A DNA stretch of 64,000 nt from contig OY970340.1 in NCBI GenBank assembly GCA_963717465.1, positions 1,184,001-1,248,000 on the forward strand, given 5' to 3'. The position numbers and the translations under genes are program-made. Position 1 is the first letter of the stretch. Every line of letters begins with the position of its first letter. The notes under the pieces were generated by a model that was not told the origin of the DNA, ran no database searches, and saw nothing but the letters and a program-made list of their open reading frames with translations. This DNA comes from Candidatus Bathyarchaeota archaeon (lineage in GTDB: Archaea > Thermoproteota > Bathyarchaeia > Bathyarchaeales > Bathycorpusculaceae). Positions 22,149-33,572 of this stretch are shown here, one piece after another.

Positions 22149-22255
22149 ATGTGTCTTGTAAGCTGATTTTATTGCAATTTTGTAAACGTAGTTTAATGAA
22201 ATGCCCTATTTTGTGATAAAACATGAAACAGACTTAGAATTTAACCTTAAATATC
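22149..22255 (+). promoter_or_regulatory. Island regulon promoter, copy 1
   Basis: WTGTG, TGCAA(+24), TGTAAA(+32), TTGTG(+62), TTAAATAT(+98). Confidence 0.8.
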
Positions 22256-22291
22256 AATTAGGAACCACGTTATGTCGGAGTTGAAAAAAAA

Positions 22292-23866
22292 TTGAGAACT
22301 GGAGCAAATATAGCTAGAAGGTATACTCGCCCTATAGCAACGAGAGAAGAATTAATGACAATCCATACTGCTGCAATGTTTCTATTGGAAAAAGTTGGAG
22401 CCGGGGGTATTACTCCTAAACTTCAAAAAGTCTACAAGGATTTAGGCTGCACCATCGCTGACGAGAAGAAAGGAATCGTAAAGATACCTCAAAATCTTGC
22501 AGTTGAAGCAATAAATGCAATACCAAGTGAGCAGGTTTTGCCAGGTAGGACGCCAGAAAACGATATTCTGATGAATGCCGGAAGTGGAAGAACTTTCCGT
22601 GGAGGTTTCGGCATCATGGCTCTATATTCAAAGTTGAATACAGATAACTACCATTTTGAATTCAGAGACTGTGTTGACGCTGACAATTGGAGAGAACAGA
22701 AGATTGTTGAGTACTTCCCAGAGTACGACATGACAAGCCCAATTTTCCTGCCGATGGACTTGGCGGAAGCTGGTTTGCCCGTTGATACTCATGACCTTAA
22801 CAGCACTATTCAATGCAACACGAAGCACATTTGGCACATTGACGCGATTGACCACATCGAATGTTACACTGATTTGGCTGCTGAGGTTCTTGGAGGCATA
22901 GAAGAGCTTCAAAAGAGACCGTTCATTACTAACCATGGTGATACACCAGGTTTAGTTTATGGCCAAAAGACCAGTGACCGAATGAGTGGAACGTTGGAAG
23001 GTTGGGAAAAGGGTAGGCCTTTGCTTATAGATCATACTGATGTTTGCATACCTGGGTTCCAAGGTCCATGCACCTTAACTGGAGCTTACGCAGTGACTGT
23101 TGCCACATCCGCATCGATGGCAGTAGGTTTAGCCCTTGGAAAGAATGGAGTTGCAAAAGGACATATCCCTGTAATGACCTACGACCTAGTAATGCCTATG
23201 GATCCATACACTCAAATGCTATGCGCTTGTGCAGATTCATTCAGTAAAATGCTGGCTTTGCACGTAAACTTCTGGCACAACAACTATAATTTACCAAAAG
23301 CTACCATGTGGCCCGCATGTAACGTTGGAGGTACAGCAGCTGGTGGAGACACGCAAGCAGGCCTTCTAATTTACCATATGTTTAACGCCCACCAATCCGC
23401 TACGGATCAGTGTGGAGTTTGGTCCACAACTGTAGGTCCAAACGGAATCTGGCCCGACGGCTACGCGATAGCTGCTGAACTGCTTAAGATGCTTTCGTTC
23501 TATTTCAAAGATTTAGACTTTTCTCCCGAAGCTTATATGCAGGAAGGGTGGCTTGCTAAGGGTCCAAGAGGCGACTTCATGAAGGATAAATACACTCTAA
23601 CACATATGGTTGACACTGGCTTCTATCCTATGCGTCATGGTTATGGCTTATGGGAGTTGAGGCAATATCTGCGTTGGATCGAAGATAAACTTGGAATAAA
23701 TGACCGTGCACACGCTTTAACAAACAAGATCGTTAAGGAGTTCCCTGCCCCACTACCACCAAAAGATGTAGCTGACAGAATGCATGCAATAATCGCTAAA
23801 TACGACAAGATGTACCAGATTGGCGGCTACACAGTTGACAAAGTAGGAACTGGTGCAAGATTCTAA
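22292..23866 (+). CDS. Divergent MttB/MtgB-family (trimethylamine methyltransferase superfamily) methyltransferase, no in-frame TAG
   Basis: IHTAAMFLLEKVG, GPCTLTG, KGPRGDFM..TL; followed by a corrinoid protein. Confidence 0.75.
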   Translation: MRTGANIARRYTRPIATREELMTIHTAAMFLLEKVGAGGITPKLQKVYKDLGCTIADEKKGIVKIPQNLAVEAINAIPSEQVLPGRTPENDILMNAGSGRTFRGGFGIMALYSKLNTDNYHFEFRDCVDADNWREQKIVEYFPEYDMTSPIFLPMDLAEAGLPVDTHDLNSTIQCNTKHIWHIDAIDHIECYTDLAAEVLGGIEELQKRPFITNHGDTPGLVYGQKTSDRMSGTLEGWEKGRPLLIDHTDVCIPGFQGPCTLTGAYAVTVATSASMAVGLALGKNGVAKGHIPVMTYDLVMPMDPYTQMLCACADSFSKMLALHVNFWHNNYNLPKATMWPACNVGGTAAGGDTQAGLLIYHMFNAHQSATDQCGVWSTTVGPNGIWPDGYAIAAELLKMLSFYFKDLDFSPEAYMQEGWLAKGPRGDFMKDKYTLTHMVDTGFYPMRHGYGLWELRQYLRWIEDKLGINDRAHALTNKIVKEFPAPLPPKDVADRMHAIIAKYDKMYQIGGYTVDKVGTGARF

Positions 23867-23890
23867 GGAGACAAAGAAGAAGGAATCTTT

Positions 23891-24544
23891 ATGGTAACTA
23901 AGGCTGAAGTACTTGAGCACCTCGCTAAAGCAATTATTGATTATGATGAGGATAAGGCTGTTGTAGCGGCTAAAGAGGCTGTTGAGAATAAGCTGGAGAT
24001 TATGGATGCTATCGAGAAGGGCTTATCCGTGGGCATCAAAGAAGTTGGTGACCGCTTTGGCCGCTTCGAATATCCTCTACCCTACGTGATTATGGCTGCT
24101 AATGCGATGACTGCTGCAGTTAATTATCTTAAGGAAAAGTATCCCAAAGACAAGTTGCCAAAGGCAAAAGGAATAGTTGTAATTGGTACAGCGTTTGGTG
24201 ATATTCACAGTATTGGCAAGAACTTGATTGCTGATATGTTGCGTACTGATGGCTTTGACGTTTATGATTTAGGTGAAGAGATTCCGACTGAGGATTATGT
24301 GAAGAAGGCTGAGGAAGTTCATGCTGATATTGTTGCAATGGGCGCATTGATGACTAGCAGTATGTCCTATCAAAGAGCGCTGGTTGATACATTGGTTGAG
24401 CGTGGTCTTCGTAAGAAGTACAAAGTGCTTGTTGGCGGTACTCCGATGACTGATGATTTCTGCAAGCGGATTAAGGCTGATACTTGGGGTGCAGACTGCG
24501 GTGACGCAATCAAGAAAGCACGAATGCTCGTAGGCAAAACTTAA
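23891..24544 (+). CDS. Methyltransferase corrinoid protein (MttC/MtaC-like)
   Basis: Cap domain, GDIHSIGKN, DLG, VGG. Confidence 0.92.
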   Translation: MVTKAEVLEHLAKAIIDYDEDKAVVAAKEAVENKLEIMDAIEKGLSVGIKEVGDRFGRFEYPLPYVIMAANAMTAAVNYLKEKYPKDKLPKAKGIVVIGTAFGDIHSIGKNLIADMLRTDGFDVYDLGEEIPTEDYVKKAEEVHADIVAMGALMTSSMSYQRALVDTLVERGLRKKYKVLVGGTPMTDDFCKRIKADTWGADCGDAIKKARMLVGKT

Positions 24545-24614
24545 GCAAACCAACACAAACCAAAAAATCCAAAAACAAACATCTCTCCTCTTTTCTTTAA
24601 TGAAAAAAAATTAG

Positions 24615-25034
24615 GTGGGTAAAGTTATGTCGTATGAAGAAAAGCTGTTGAATTTCGTCTATAAGCTGTACTCTATGCTCGGCGATAGCCCAGCAGTTAG
24701 TGAGCCGTTAAAAGATCAAGAAAAAGATGTAGTGGTTGAACTTCGTATCGAAGATGTTCCTGATGTTGTATGGCAGATTGGTTCAAAAAATAAAAAGTGG
24801 CTTGTAAATAAAGGTGCAACCGATACGCCAAGTGCAGTCCTGCAATATCTTAAGGTGAAATACTTAAATGATTGGTGGGCAGGCAAAATGAACTCTGAGA
24901 CATTGTTCTCATCAGGAGCTATGCAGATCGTGGAGGGCTCGTTTGATGATCTTATGTTCATGGCACCTGTGGAAGAACCGTTGAAAGTTGCTTATCAAAA
25001 GTTGAAAGGCGAGTTTCCAGGTCTACCAGAGTAG
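24615..25034 (+). CDS. SCP2 sterol/lipid-binding domain protein
   Basis: Size and the pattern 'W.GKMN..TLF.SG.M.IVEG'. Confidence 0.6.
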   Translation: MGKVMSYEEKLLNFVYKLYSMLGDSPAVSEPLKDQEKDVVVELRIEDVPDVVWQIGSKNKKWLVNKGATDTPSAVLQYLKVKYLNDWWAGKMNSETLFSSGAMQIVEGSFDDLMFMAPVEEPLKVAYQKLKGEFPGLPE

Positions 25035-25134
25035 CCTGAAGGACTACAAATTCCCATACACTTTTTTTTTCTTTAACCAGCATGATTTATCTATCCACGA
25101 ATCAATAGGAAAGATCTCAAAATGCAGCAAGAAA

Positions 25135-25470
25135 GTGAGACCCAGTATGATAGAAATCTCGGGAAAGAAGATGATAGAAAATAAATGGGTAGAGAAAGAG
25201 GAAAATTTTAAAGTTTTGTTTTCTCTGATGTCGTTTGGCAATAAAAGTGATAGGGCGATTTCCAAAATATTAGGTTTTAATAACTCAATATTTTCTAAGA
25301 GAAGAAAGCTGGAGAAAATGGGTTATGTAAAAGAATATACTATAATACCCGACTTCTGTAAATTAGGATTCGAATTCGTCGTATTTACGTTAGCTTCAAC
25401 TACTAATGCTGTAAAATCAACGCAAATTGCTGAATTTTGTGCATTGACAAATAAACATCCTCAATGTTGA
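25135..25470 (+). pseudogene. Truncated paralogue of the adjacent wHTH regulator
   Basis: ENFKVLFSLM..KSDRAISK...KEYTIIPDF matches both domains of 25725-26882 but stops after KHPQC. Confidence 0.7.
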
Positions 25471-25724
25471 TGCAAAAATAGCCTCTATTAACGTCTAAAT
25501 TAGTGTGTGCCAAGGATGGTATAATAATACATGATGAGAACTATATCTACTTTTTAACGTGCATAGAACATGATTGATTGTATCATAATCAAATAAGCAG
25601 TTGCTGCAAAAGTCATCGATTTTTTATTTTAACTCGCAGAAATGGCAGACAAAAAAAAGACAAAAAACTTAAATATAGTAAGGGCTTAAGTATAAATACT
25701 TTACGAGTAGTCTGTTGGAATAAA

Positions 25725-26882
25725 ATGATACAATTTGACGGGAAGACGCAAGAAAACCTTAAAGTTTTGTTTGCTCTAATGGCGTTAGGTGGTAAGAGCG
25801 ATAGGGCGATTGCTAAAGCTCTTGGGGTAAGTAATACAGCATTGTCTAGAAGAAGGAGGAAGCTGGAGCAAGAGGGCTATATAAAAGAATACACGATAAT
25901 ACCTAACTTTCATAAAATGGGACTAAATGTTTTCGTATTCGCATTAGCCTCAACTACTATGTGCTTAAAGCCAGAGCAAGAAAAAGCATTTGCTGAATTG
26001 ATGCAAAAACATCCTGAAATAATCTGCATGCTAGAGGATCAAGGCTTAACAGGAACAAACTGGGCTGGCATAACAGTACACAAGAGTTACGATGGTTTTA
26101 TTGAAATGTATAAAGAATTGCAAAAAGAAGCGTCTAGTATTCCACAAGTGCCTCTCTCAGTGTATACAGCTGTTTTTAATTCTGGCAAACAACACCCAGT
26201 ACCATTTTCGTTACGAAACATGGAACCGCTATTTCCAGGTGTCAAACTACTTCCAACTATTACCCCATCTTTGAGCGAGAAGGATACCTCTGAAGAAAAG
26301 ACGCAAGATAACCTGAAAGTTTTGTTTGCTCTAATGGCTCTAGCAGGTAAAAGCGATAAAGTGATTTCCAAAACTCTGGGTATGAGTAACTCAGCATTAT
26401 CTAGAAGAAGAAACAAGCTAGAGCAAGAGGGCTATATTCAAGAATACACTATAATACCTGATTTCCACAAAATGGGACTGGAAGTTATTGCGATTACATT
26501 AACCTCAACTTCTGGTACGATAACACAAGAGCAACTTAGAAATGTTCGTGACTTGGTGAGCAAGCATCCTGAAGTATTGTGCGTCCTTGAGGATCGAGGC
26601 TTAGCAGGAACAAACTGGGCTAGTATAACAGTACACAAGAATTATGATGGTTTCATTGAATTGTATAAACAAGTGGAAGAAGAATTATTGGCTTTGCATC
26701 GGGGTCAACAAATACCTCCTTATGAAACGCATACGATGATGTTTCATACTAGCAAACTGGCTCCAAAACCCATCTCATTACGAGACATTGAATCAATATA
26801 CAATACTGTCATTACTCTTCAAACTGCCAAACAATCGCTTCGTGTTGGGACTAGGAGATTTGATAAAAATAAAAGCTGTTGA
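25725..26882 (+). CDS. Lrp/AsnC-like wHTH regulator with internal tandem duplication
   Basis: Two ~175-aa units, each LKVLFALMAL..KSD..LSRRR.KLEQEGYI.EYTIIP.F.KMG...GTNWA.ITVHK.YDGF. Confidence 0.8.
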   Translation: MIQFDGKTQENLKVLFALMALGGKSDRAIAKALGVSNTALSRRRRKLEQEGYIKEYTIIPNFHKMGLNVFVFALASTTMCLKPEQEKAFAELMQKHPEIICMLEDQGLTGTNWAGITVHKSYDGFIEMYKELQKEASSIPQVPLSVYTAVFNSGKQHPVPFSLRNMEPLFPGVKLLPTITPSLSEKDTSEEKTQDNLKVLFALMALAGKSDKVISKTLGMSNSALSRRRNKLEQEGYIQEYTIIPDFHKMGLEVIAITLTSTSGTITQEQLRNVRDLVSKHPEVLCVLEDRGLAGTNWASITVHKNYDGFIELYKQVEEELLALHRGQQIPPYETHTMMFHTSKLAPKPISLRDIESIYNTVITLQTAKQSLRVGTRRFDKNKSC

Positions 26883-27011
26883 TACTTAGAATGACCTGGC
26901 TGAATGACTTAATGTTCAGAATGTAGTTTTTTAATTTTTAAATTGATACTTGTTTGCGCTTTTCTCTTTTTTATTATTTAATTGAAAACCTAAAAAAGTA
27001 TGAATTTCAAA

Positions 27012-27118
27012 TTGTGTCTAAAAAACTGTTTTTCATGCAATTTTGTCAATGGCAATCGTTGAAAGCCTTATTTTTGTGTCGAAAGTCGAAGCTGACCTAC
27101 AATTTAACCTTAAATATC
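27012..27118 (+). promoter_or_regulatory. Island regulon promoter, copy 2
   Basis: Same boxes at +24/+32/+62/+98. Confidence 0.8.
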
Positions 27119-27174
27119 CATTAGACCGCATTTTTACTCTTGTGTTAGAAACACGTAAAAAATAGGGGATAAAA

Positions 27175-29490
27175 ATGAGTGAGGTTAAAATTGAAACAGA
27201 CCCAATGAAGTACGATGGAGTGCATAGATGCATTTGCGGTTTCTGCAGTACTGGAACTTGCTTATTGCTTGAGACGGTTGAAAACGGAAAAATAACTAAG
27301 GTTGAACCTGACTGGGAAAGCCCGTTTAATCCCGGGCCCTACTGTGTAAAATGGAAGTATGCTTTGGAATACATTTATCATAAGGATAGGCCGACCTATC
27401 CGCAAAAGAGAGTTGGTAAACGCGGTGAGGGCAAGTGGCAACGGATATCATGGGAACAAGCGTTCAATGAAATACACGCCAAGATAAAGGAAATAACTGC
27501 AAAGTACGGTGCCGAATCAATGTGTGGCTTCTTTGGCACCGGCCGAGCCGCACATTTAGGTCAGGGAATGTACCGATACTTTTACTTATCAGGCAGCCCA
27601 AACATTGCTTCTGGGCAGGTCGAGCACTGAGATGGACCCACGTTCGCAGCGTTAACGACAACCTACGGCGTGGGAACTACGAATCCAATGATGATTCCAG
27701 GTAAGACGAAAGGTATCTTTAATATTGGCTCGAATCCTATTGAGTCTTGGACGTTTGCGTGGCCAATATACCTTGCGGCCTTGGAGGCCGGCGCGAAAAT
27801 GCTCTGTGTCGATCCCAGATTTACGGAGACTGTGCGAAACAGTGAATTATGGCTAGCCATCAGACCGGGAACTGACACTGCTCTAATGATGGCCCTAATC
27901 AACGTTACCATTGAGGAGGACTTGTACGACCATGATTTTGTGGAGAAATGGTGCTTCGGATTTGACAAGCTCAAAGAACGAGCTAAGCAGTATACACCTG
28001 AGAAAGCTGCAGAAATAACATGGATTCCAGCTGAGAAGATCAGAGAGGCGGCAAGGTGGATAGCGAAAAATCATCCGTGTGATTTTCCATATGGTTACGG
28101 CATCGAATCATCAGGCAGGAACTCTATGAGCAATGTCCGATCAAAATACATTATGCCTGCGATAACTGGTAACATTGACATAGAAGGCGGCGATTACCTA
28201 CATGCAAGACCGAAACAACATAATGGTCTGGAAGCCATGGTACCATCAATAAATTTGACGGATCAAAGCATATTTCAGAAAATGATTGGGGCAGAAAAAT
28301 ACAGAGCCGGAACCTTTACGTTAATGGCTTTGCTTATGGAGGCAGGAATGGATAAAGGATATTGGAAGGGCTCTCCAGTTCCTGCGTTCTCGGGACCAAA
28401 TTGGCCCGCCACTATAGATACTATACTCACGGAAAAGCCCTATCCGATTAAGGTTATGATTGCTGGTGAAACAGGTCCGATGAGGTGTTATCCGAACATC
28501 AAAAAGGTATACGAGGCTATAAAGAAGCTTGATCTCTTCGTCTACATTGAAGACGCTCAAATGACACCCGAAGCAATGCTAGCAGATTATCTATTACCAA
28601 CCACCAGTCAATTTGAGAGACCTTCTGGCTATTCGACTATTACAAGTCAAGGCGCCATGGAATTTGAGATTGCAGGTGATCGCGCATTACCCAACAAAAT
28701 ACCCGGCTTGTGGGACCTTAAAGATGACTGGAACGTGTTCCGCGAACTCGCAGTGCGCTCAGCTCCTGAGAAAATTGAAGAGGCATGGCCTTGGAGAAAT
28801 TTGGAAGAAGCGCAGGATTGGTTCTATGAAAACACAGGCTATACGCGTCAGCAAATTGTTGAAGATTGGAAAGGTGTGGCACCATGGGAGCCCAGGTTTA
28901 AGAAGTATGCGGAGCCAGACCCAGAGACAGGTCAGCCAAGAGGCTTTGGAACATTTTCAGGCAAGGTTGAACTCTACAGCCAGATACTTGAAAAACTTGA
29001 CTATAATCCGTTGCCGTACTATACTGAGTGTGCTTGGACGCCGATCAGCGCTCCTGACATTGCTAAAGACTATCCATTAATCATGACTAGCGGAGCCAGA
29101 TTCCAGGAGGCGCATCATGGCGAACTACGACATATCAGCTTGATGCGAAAGCTACGGCCTGTTCCACGTGTCAAGATGCACCCACTGACAGCGCGTAACA
29201 TGGGCATTGGAGATGGTGAATGGGTTTATATCGAGACGCCACTTGGCAGATGCAAACAGACAGTACGGTACGATTTCGGAGTAAACCCGAAGATAATTGA
29301 TCCAGAGCATGGCTGGTGGAGACCCGAACTACCCGCTGAAGGACCAACACTATACGGCTGGCAAGACTGGAACATTAACGTCACCGTGCCTGATGACCCA
29401 GAGCATCTTAGCCCAGAGCTTGGTGCATGGTGCTTCAAGGCTAATCTTGCAAAAGTATACTCAGCAAAAGTTGGACCTACGGGGCCATAA
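27175..29490 (+). CDS. Mo/W-bisPGD (DMSO reductase family) oxidoreductase with in-frame TGA at 27628 (candidate Sec)
   Basis: N-terminal CGFC..C..C [4Fe-4S], RPTYPQKR, VDPR, RPGTD, ADYLLP, C-terminal HPLTA domain; both listed ORFs are in one frame separated only by TGA. Confidence 0.85.
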
Positions 29491-29670
29491 GAAGAAAAAT
29501 CATAATCTTCTTCTTTTTTTGTTCTTGGTTTTCAATTAATTGTTTACTAACAAATGAATAATAATATATTAAAAAAGAAACCCATAAATCAAATTCCAGC
29601 TATTTCTGTTTCTTACTTGAATTGAATTTTTTTCATAATATTCATAATACTCCCAAAAGTAGATTGTAAT

Positions 29671-29776
29671 TTGTGCTAAGGAAGATGCTTTTAACGCAAA
29701 AACGTAAATACTATTTAGTGAATTGCATAATTTTGTAAATATAGCTAAAACAGGTTAAAATCTAATTTTAAATATC
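29671..29776 (+). promoter_or_regulatory. Island regulon promoter, copy 3
   Basis: TTGTG, CGCAA(+24), CGTAAA(+32), TTGTA(+62), TTAAATAT(+97). Confidence 0.75.
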
Positions 29777-29851
29777 TATCGATCATATACAAGTTCAATT
29801 TTGAGCTAAGGAAAACAAAAAAGGAGTTTACAAAACTAGAAGGAATCTGAA

Positions 29852-31877
29852 ATGAGTGTAAAATTTAAATACCTTTTCTCCCCGTTGAAAATAGGGCCAG
29901 TGATAATTCCTAACAGAATAATGTTAACTGGCCACGCAAATGCACACGTTGAAACACCGTTAGAAGGCCCAACAGCTCCTGGTGAACATTTGGCCTACTA
30001 TCAGGCTGAAAGAGCAAAAGGCGGCTGTGGACTAATATGCTATGGATACATCTCAGTATGTCCATTTGAGAATGCGGACAGCAAGTTCCATCGCGCACGT
30101 CTTGGTGGTGCGAGAATACTTGGTGCATATCCAGCTGGTCCTGATCCTAAGGTTATTCCAGCTTTTAAGAGATTAGTTGACATGTGCCACCCTTATGGCA
30201 CAAAAGTCTTCGCCCAAATAGGTGCTAGCGGAGTTTGGGAAGGCAGATGGGGACCTTCCAAAACTGTAGATCCAGAAGACCCAAGAAAATCAAACGCAGA
30301 AATGACTGAGGAGCAAATTGAAGCTGTACTTGAAGGTTATAGATTAACTGCCCAGAACGCAGTGAAAGCAGGTTTTGATGGCATTGAAATTCATGATCAC
30401 GGTGGCATGGTGCATAATTTCATGTCTCCTTTAACGAATAGGCGAAAAGACAAGTGGGGCGGGAGCTTAGATAATAGGTTAAGATTCCTTTATGAAGCAA
30501 TCAAGAGATGCAGAGAAGGCATGAACAGTGATATGGCATTAATTACTAGGCTTTGTGTTGACGAATTCATTCCCGGCGGAATAGGAGTGCAAGATGGAAT
30601 AGAAGTCTCAAAGAGACTAGAAGACAAAGTGGACGGCCTTAATCTTGACATAGGAATCGAGCCTACAAGCCTTAACGTTATAGTTGCTCCACTGTTCATG
30701 GAGCCTGGTTATCAATTATACGGAGCTGAAGCAGTAAAAGAAGTCGTGAAAAAAATACCCATAGGTTGTGTCGGTCGAATTAACGACCCAGTGTTCGCTG
30801 AAAAAATCTTAGTTGACGGCAAGGCCGACTTTATAGGTATATGCAGAGGTCAAATAGCTGATCCTGAATTCGCCAATAAAGCCAAGGCAGGAAGACTCGA
30901 TGACATAAGACCATGTATCTATGAAAATGAAGGCTGCTTTAAATCAGGTGCTGTACAATGCACTGTAAATCCCACGTGTGGTGTTGAGAAGTACTTGGGA
31001 ATCGGAACCATCACGTCTGCCGAAAAGAAAAAGAAGATACTTAGTTGCTGGAGCTGGCCCTGCAGGATTAGAATTCGCCAGAATTGCAACTATCAGAGGT
31101 CATAATGTAACCGTTTACGAAAAGTCAAACGATATAGGAGGGGCTATTAATTTAGCCATGAAACTACCGGGAAGAATGGAATATGATGGCTTCAAGAGAT
31201 GGCTTAAAATGCAGTGTGACAAGTTAGGCGTTAAAATTGTCCTCAATAAGGAGGTTACACCTGAACTTGTTAAGAGCGAAAACCCAGACGTTGTAGTGTG
31301 CGCCACTGGAGCTGACCCCATGCGAGACGGTGATAACGCGGGCGTATATTGTGCTATTGAGGGTTGGAATCAGCCGAACGTATGCGTAGGCGAAGACATT
31401 ATTGAAGGCAAAGTTGACATGAGCAAACTTGGACCACGAGTGATCATTTATGATCAAATTGGCTATGATGAAGGTTTGGGAATTGCTGAAATGCTGGCTG
31501 ATGCAGGAAAAACTGTTGATATTAGGGCTGCAGCGCATTTCGTCGGTGGTAATGATGTATTCATGACTATGCAATTTGCACAACTATACGAACGCCCTAT
31601 GTCAAAAGGAGTAAAGTTCAGTCCAATGTCGATGATGACATACATAAATGGGAACAAAGCCGGGTTCATGAACGGATTTAGCCATGAAATGTTTGAAGTA
31701 GAAGCAGATTCTTTTGTGCTCTGTGTGTCTAAATCGCCAAATGATGACCTATTCAAGAAGCTAATGGCAGCAGGATACAAACACAACGGCAACCTATACA
31801 AGATCGGCGACGCCAATAGTCCGCACAACATCTGTGACGCTGTTTACTTCGGTCACGTTTTAGGAAGAGAAATTTAA
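29852..31877 (+). CDS. OYE/FadH (BaiCD/BaiH-like) flavin Fe-S oxidoreductase, frameshift at ~31042
   Basis: LFSPLKIG..NRI, AGFDGIEIH, TNRR.DKWGGS..NR; removing one T joins to ILVAGAGPAG FAD motif. Confidence 0.88.
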
Positions 31878-32119
31878 AAGTTCTCACTCTTTTTCTTTTT
31901 TTCCTTAAAATTGGCAAACTTGCTCACTATTTAATTATCTTCTATGTCCATTTTAACGACCACGCCCGTTATTAGTCGCCTCTGTTGTCATCGCAACTGC
32001 TATGGGTAATAGCATAGAAAAGTTCAATCATTCCCCTAATAGATTGCAATTTCGTAAGTTAAAAGAACTTATTTACTTAAGGATGCCAGATTCAGTAAAG
32101 CTAAAATGGTGATTTCATT

Positions 32120-32226
32120 ATGTGTCAGAAAAACTCTTTATTTTGCAAAAATGTCAACAGCAACTGCTAAAATGTCTTCTTTTGTGAGAAAAGCTTGAAA
32201 ATCATTTATAATTTATCTTAAATATC
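32120..32226 (+). promoter_or_regulatory. Island regulon promoter, copy 4
   Basis: Same boxes at +24/+32/+62/+98. Confidence 0.8.
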
Positions 32227-32311
32227 AATCGTGCTGAATAAATTTTCCGTTAAAGAAGGAAATTAGGTTTAAGAGTGTTTGATGACCGGTTCGCTGGGGG
32301 AGGTGAATAAC

Positions 32312-32698
32312 ATGGTGAAATTTGGAACATTGGAATACTATCAGGTACACGCTGACGTTTTAAACAAGGATCCAGACTGGATAAAGGGAGCCTTTACCAG
32401 TAATTTGCTTTATGTCTTTTCTGATGTGCTTGGTGCAGACGGGCAGCCGAAAGCTTTCCTTTTGAAATTTGATAAAGGGAAAGTTACAGCTAGTGAAGCT
32501 AAAGCTTCTGATATTAGTTCCAAGGAAATCGAGTTCGCTCAAACCGCAAATTATGCTATGCATGTAGGTATTGCTAAAGGTGAAATTAGCGTGCAGAAAG
32601 CTAAATTAAAGCTTAGCATGATAAAAATAATGAAGCACCAAAAGACTTTTATGCGAATACTTGAGACCGCGCAAACACTTAAAGATGTTGAATACTGA
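32312..32698 (+). CDS. SCP2 sterol/lipid-binding domain protein
   Basis: GGAGGTGA SD before ATG 32312; paralogue of 39771-40169 (KFGT.EYY ... DVEY). Confidence 0.7.
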   Translation: MVKFGTLEYYQVHADVLNKDPDWIKGAFTSNLLYVFSDVLGADGQPKAFLLKFDKGKVTASEAKASDISSKEIEFAQTANYAMHVGIAKGEISVQKAKLKLSMIKIMKHQKTFMRILETAQTLKDVEY

Positions 32699-32895
32699 GA
32701 TAAGAAGTCTTAAATTGATCCCCTTGACGGAACTTAGACGTTAACGATTGCGAACAGTCATCTCATCTTATAACATTTCTGTGCTCTTTTTGGAAATGTT
32801 GCCCAAATAGAATAAGATTTGAAAGTAGCAAATCAAAAATTGCCTTTTCTTTTTGCTTTAAGGTCGATCAAGTAAGTCCAAAATTACATTTCAAA

Positions 32896-33002
32896 TTGTG
32901 CTAAGAAAGACGTTTCTAGTGCAAAGATGTAAATCATTATAGAATCAATACTTCGTTTTGTTGCAAAAACTTGAGCAGACTCATAGTCTATGCTTAAATA
33001 TC
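32896..33002 (+). promoter_or_regulatory. Island regulon promoter, copy 5 (no convincing ORF downstream)
   Basis: Same boxes at +24/+32/+62/+98. Confidence 0.75.
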
Positions 33003-33096
33003 CACTAAAACGTGATAATTAAGAACAAAATAAATTCGATCAAAAAATTGAAATCATGACTTACCAGACATGAAGGTGCTCACGCTAGAAGTAACA

Positions 33097-33214
33097 TTTT
33101 CACCTTTAGATGGTGGCTATAGGGACGGACTCCCTCCTCCTATAGCCATCGGTAGTGGCTGTAAGGGAATCTCAAACCTCTGTTCCCTGCTCTCGTTCTC
33201 TTATAGCCACTACC
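33097..33214 (+). ncRNA. Putative structured sRNA with two conserved-stem hairpins
   Basis: GGTGGCTATAGG/CCTATAGCCATC (33112-33150) and GGTAGTGGCTGTAAGGGAA/TTCTCTTATAGCCACTACC (33151-33214). Confidence 0.55.
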
Positions 33215-33342
33215 AGCCGGGTTGTCTATTTTGTTTTATAAGAGAGTCTCTTTTTCTCAGAATTTGTAATTTAAAAACCTGTCACAGTTTATTTTTCTTT
33301 TGCTATTTAATTTTGAACGAAGCCTAAAAGTTGCTCTGTAAA

Positions 33343-33448
33343 TTGTGCCCAGAAGAGCATTTTTTTTGCAATAATGTCAATGATGATTAAATAAGTGCCT
33401 TGTTTTGTGTCGAAATACGAAAAGAGCTTGCAATTTACCTTAAATATC
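33343..33448 (+). promoter_or_regulatory. Island regulon promoter, copy 6 (no convincing ORF downstream)
   Basis: Same boxes at +24/+32/+62/+97. Confidence 0.78.
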
Positions 33449-33494
33449 AATCATGCAACTCCTTTAACGCGCTGTGATTCATCAAGTCTCGCGC

Positions 33495-33572
33495 AATTCA
33501 CCTCGGTGGTAGCTATAGGAAGCTTCGTAAAATCAATCTCCTATTATCTATCTCCTTCCTGTAGCTACTACC
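33495..33572 (+). ncRNA. Putative structured sRNA hairpin 3
   Basis: GGTGGTAGCTATAGGAAG/CTTCCTGTAGCTACTACC, 18-bp stem with a compensatory change. Confidence 0.55.

Noticed and set aside
29490..29520. Archaeal 3'-UTR SECIS after the Mo/W enzyme
   Set aside because: Only a weak A/T-rich hairpin before a T-tract, more like a terminator
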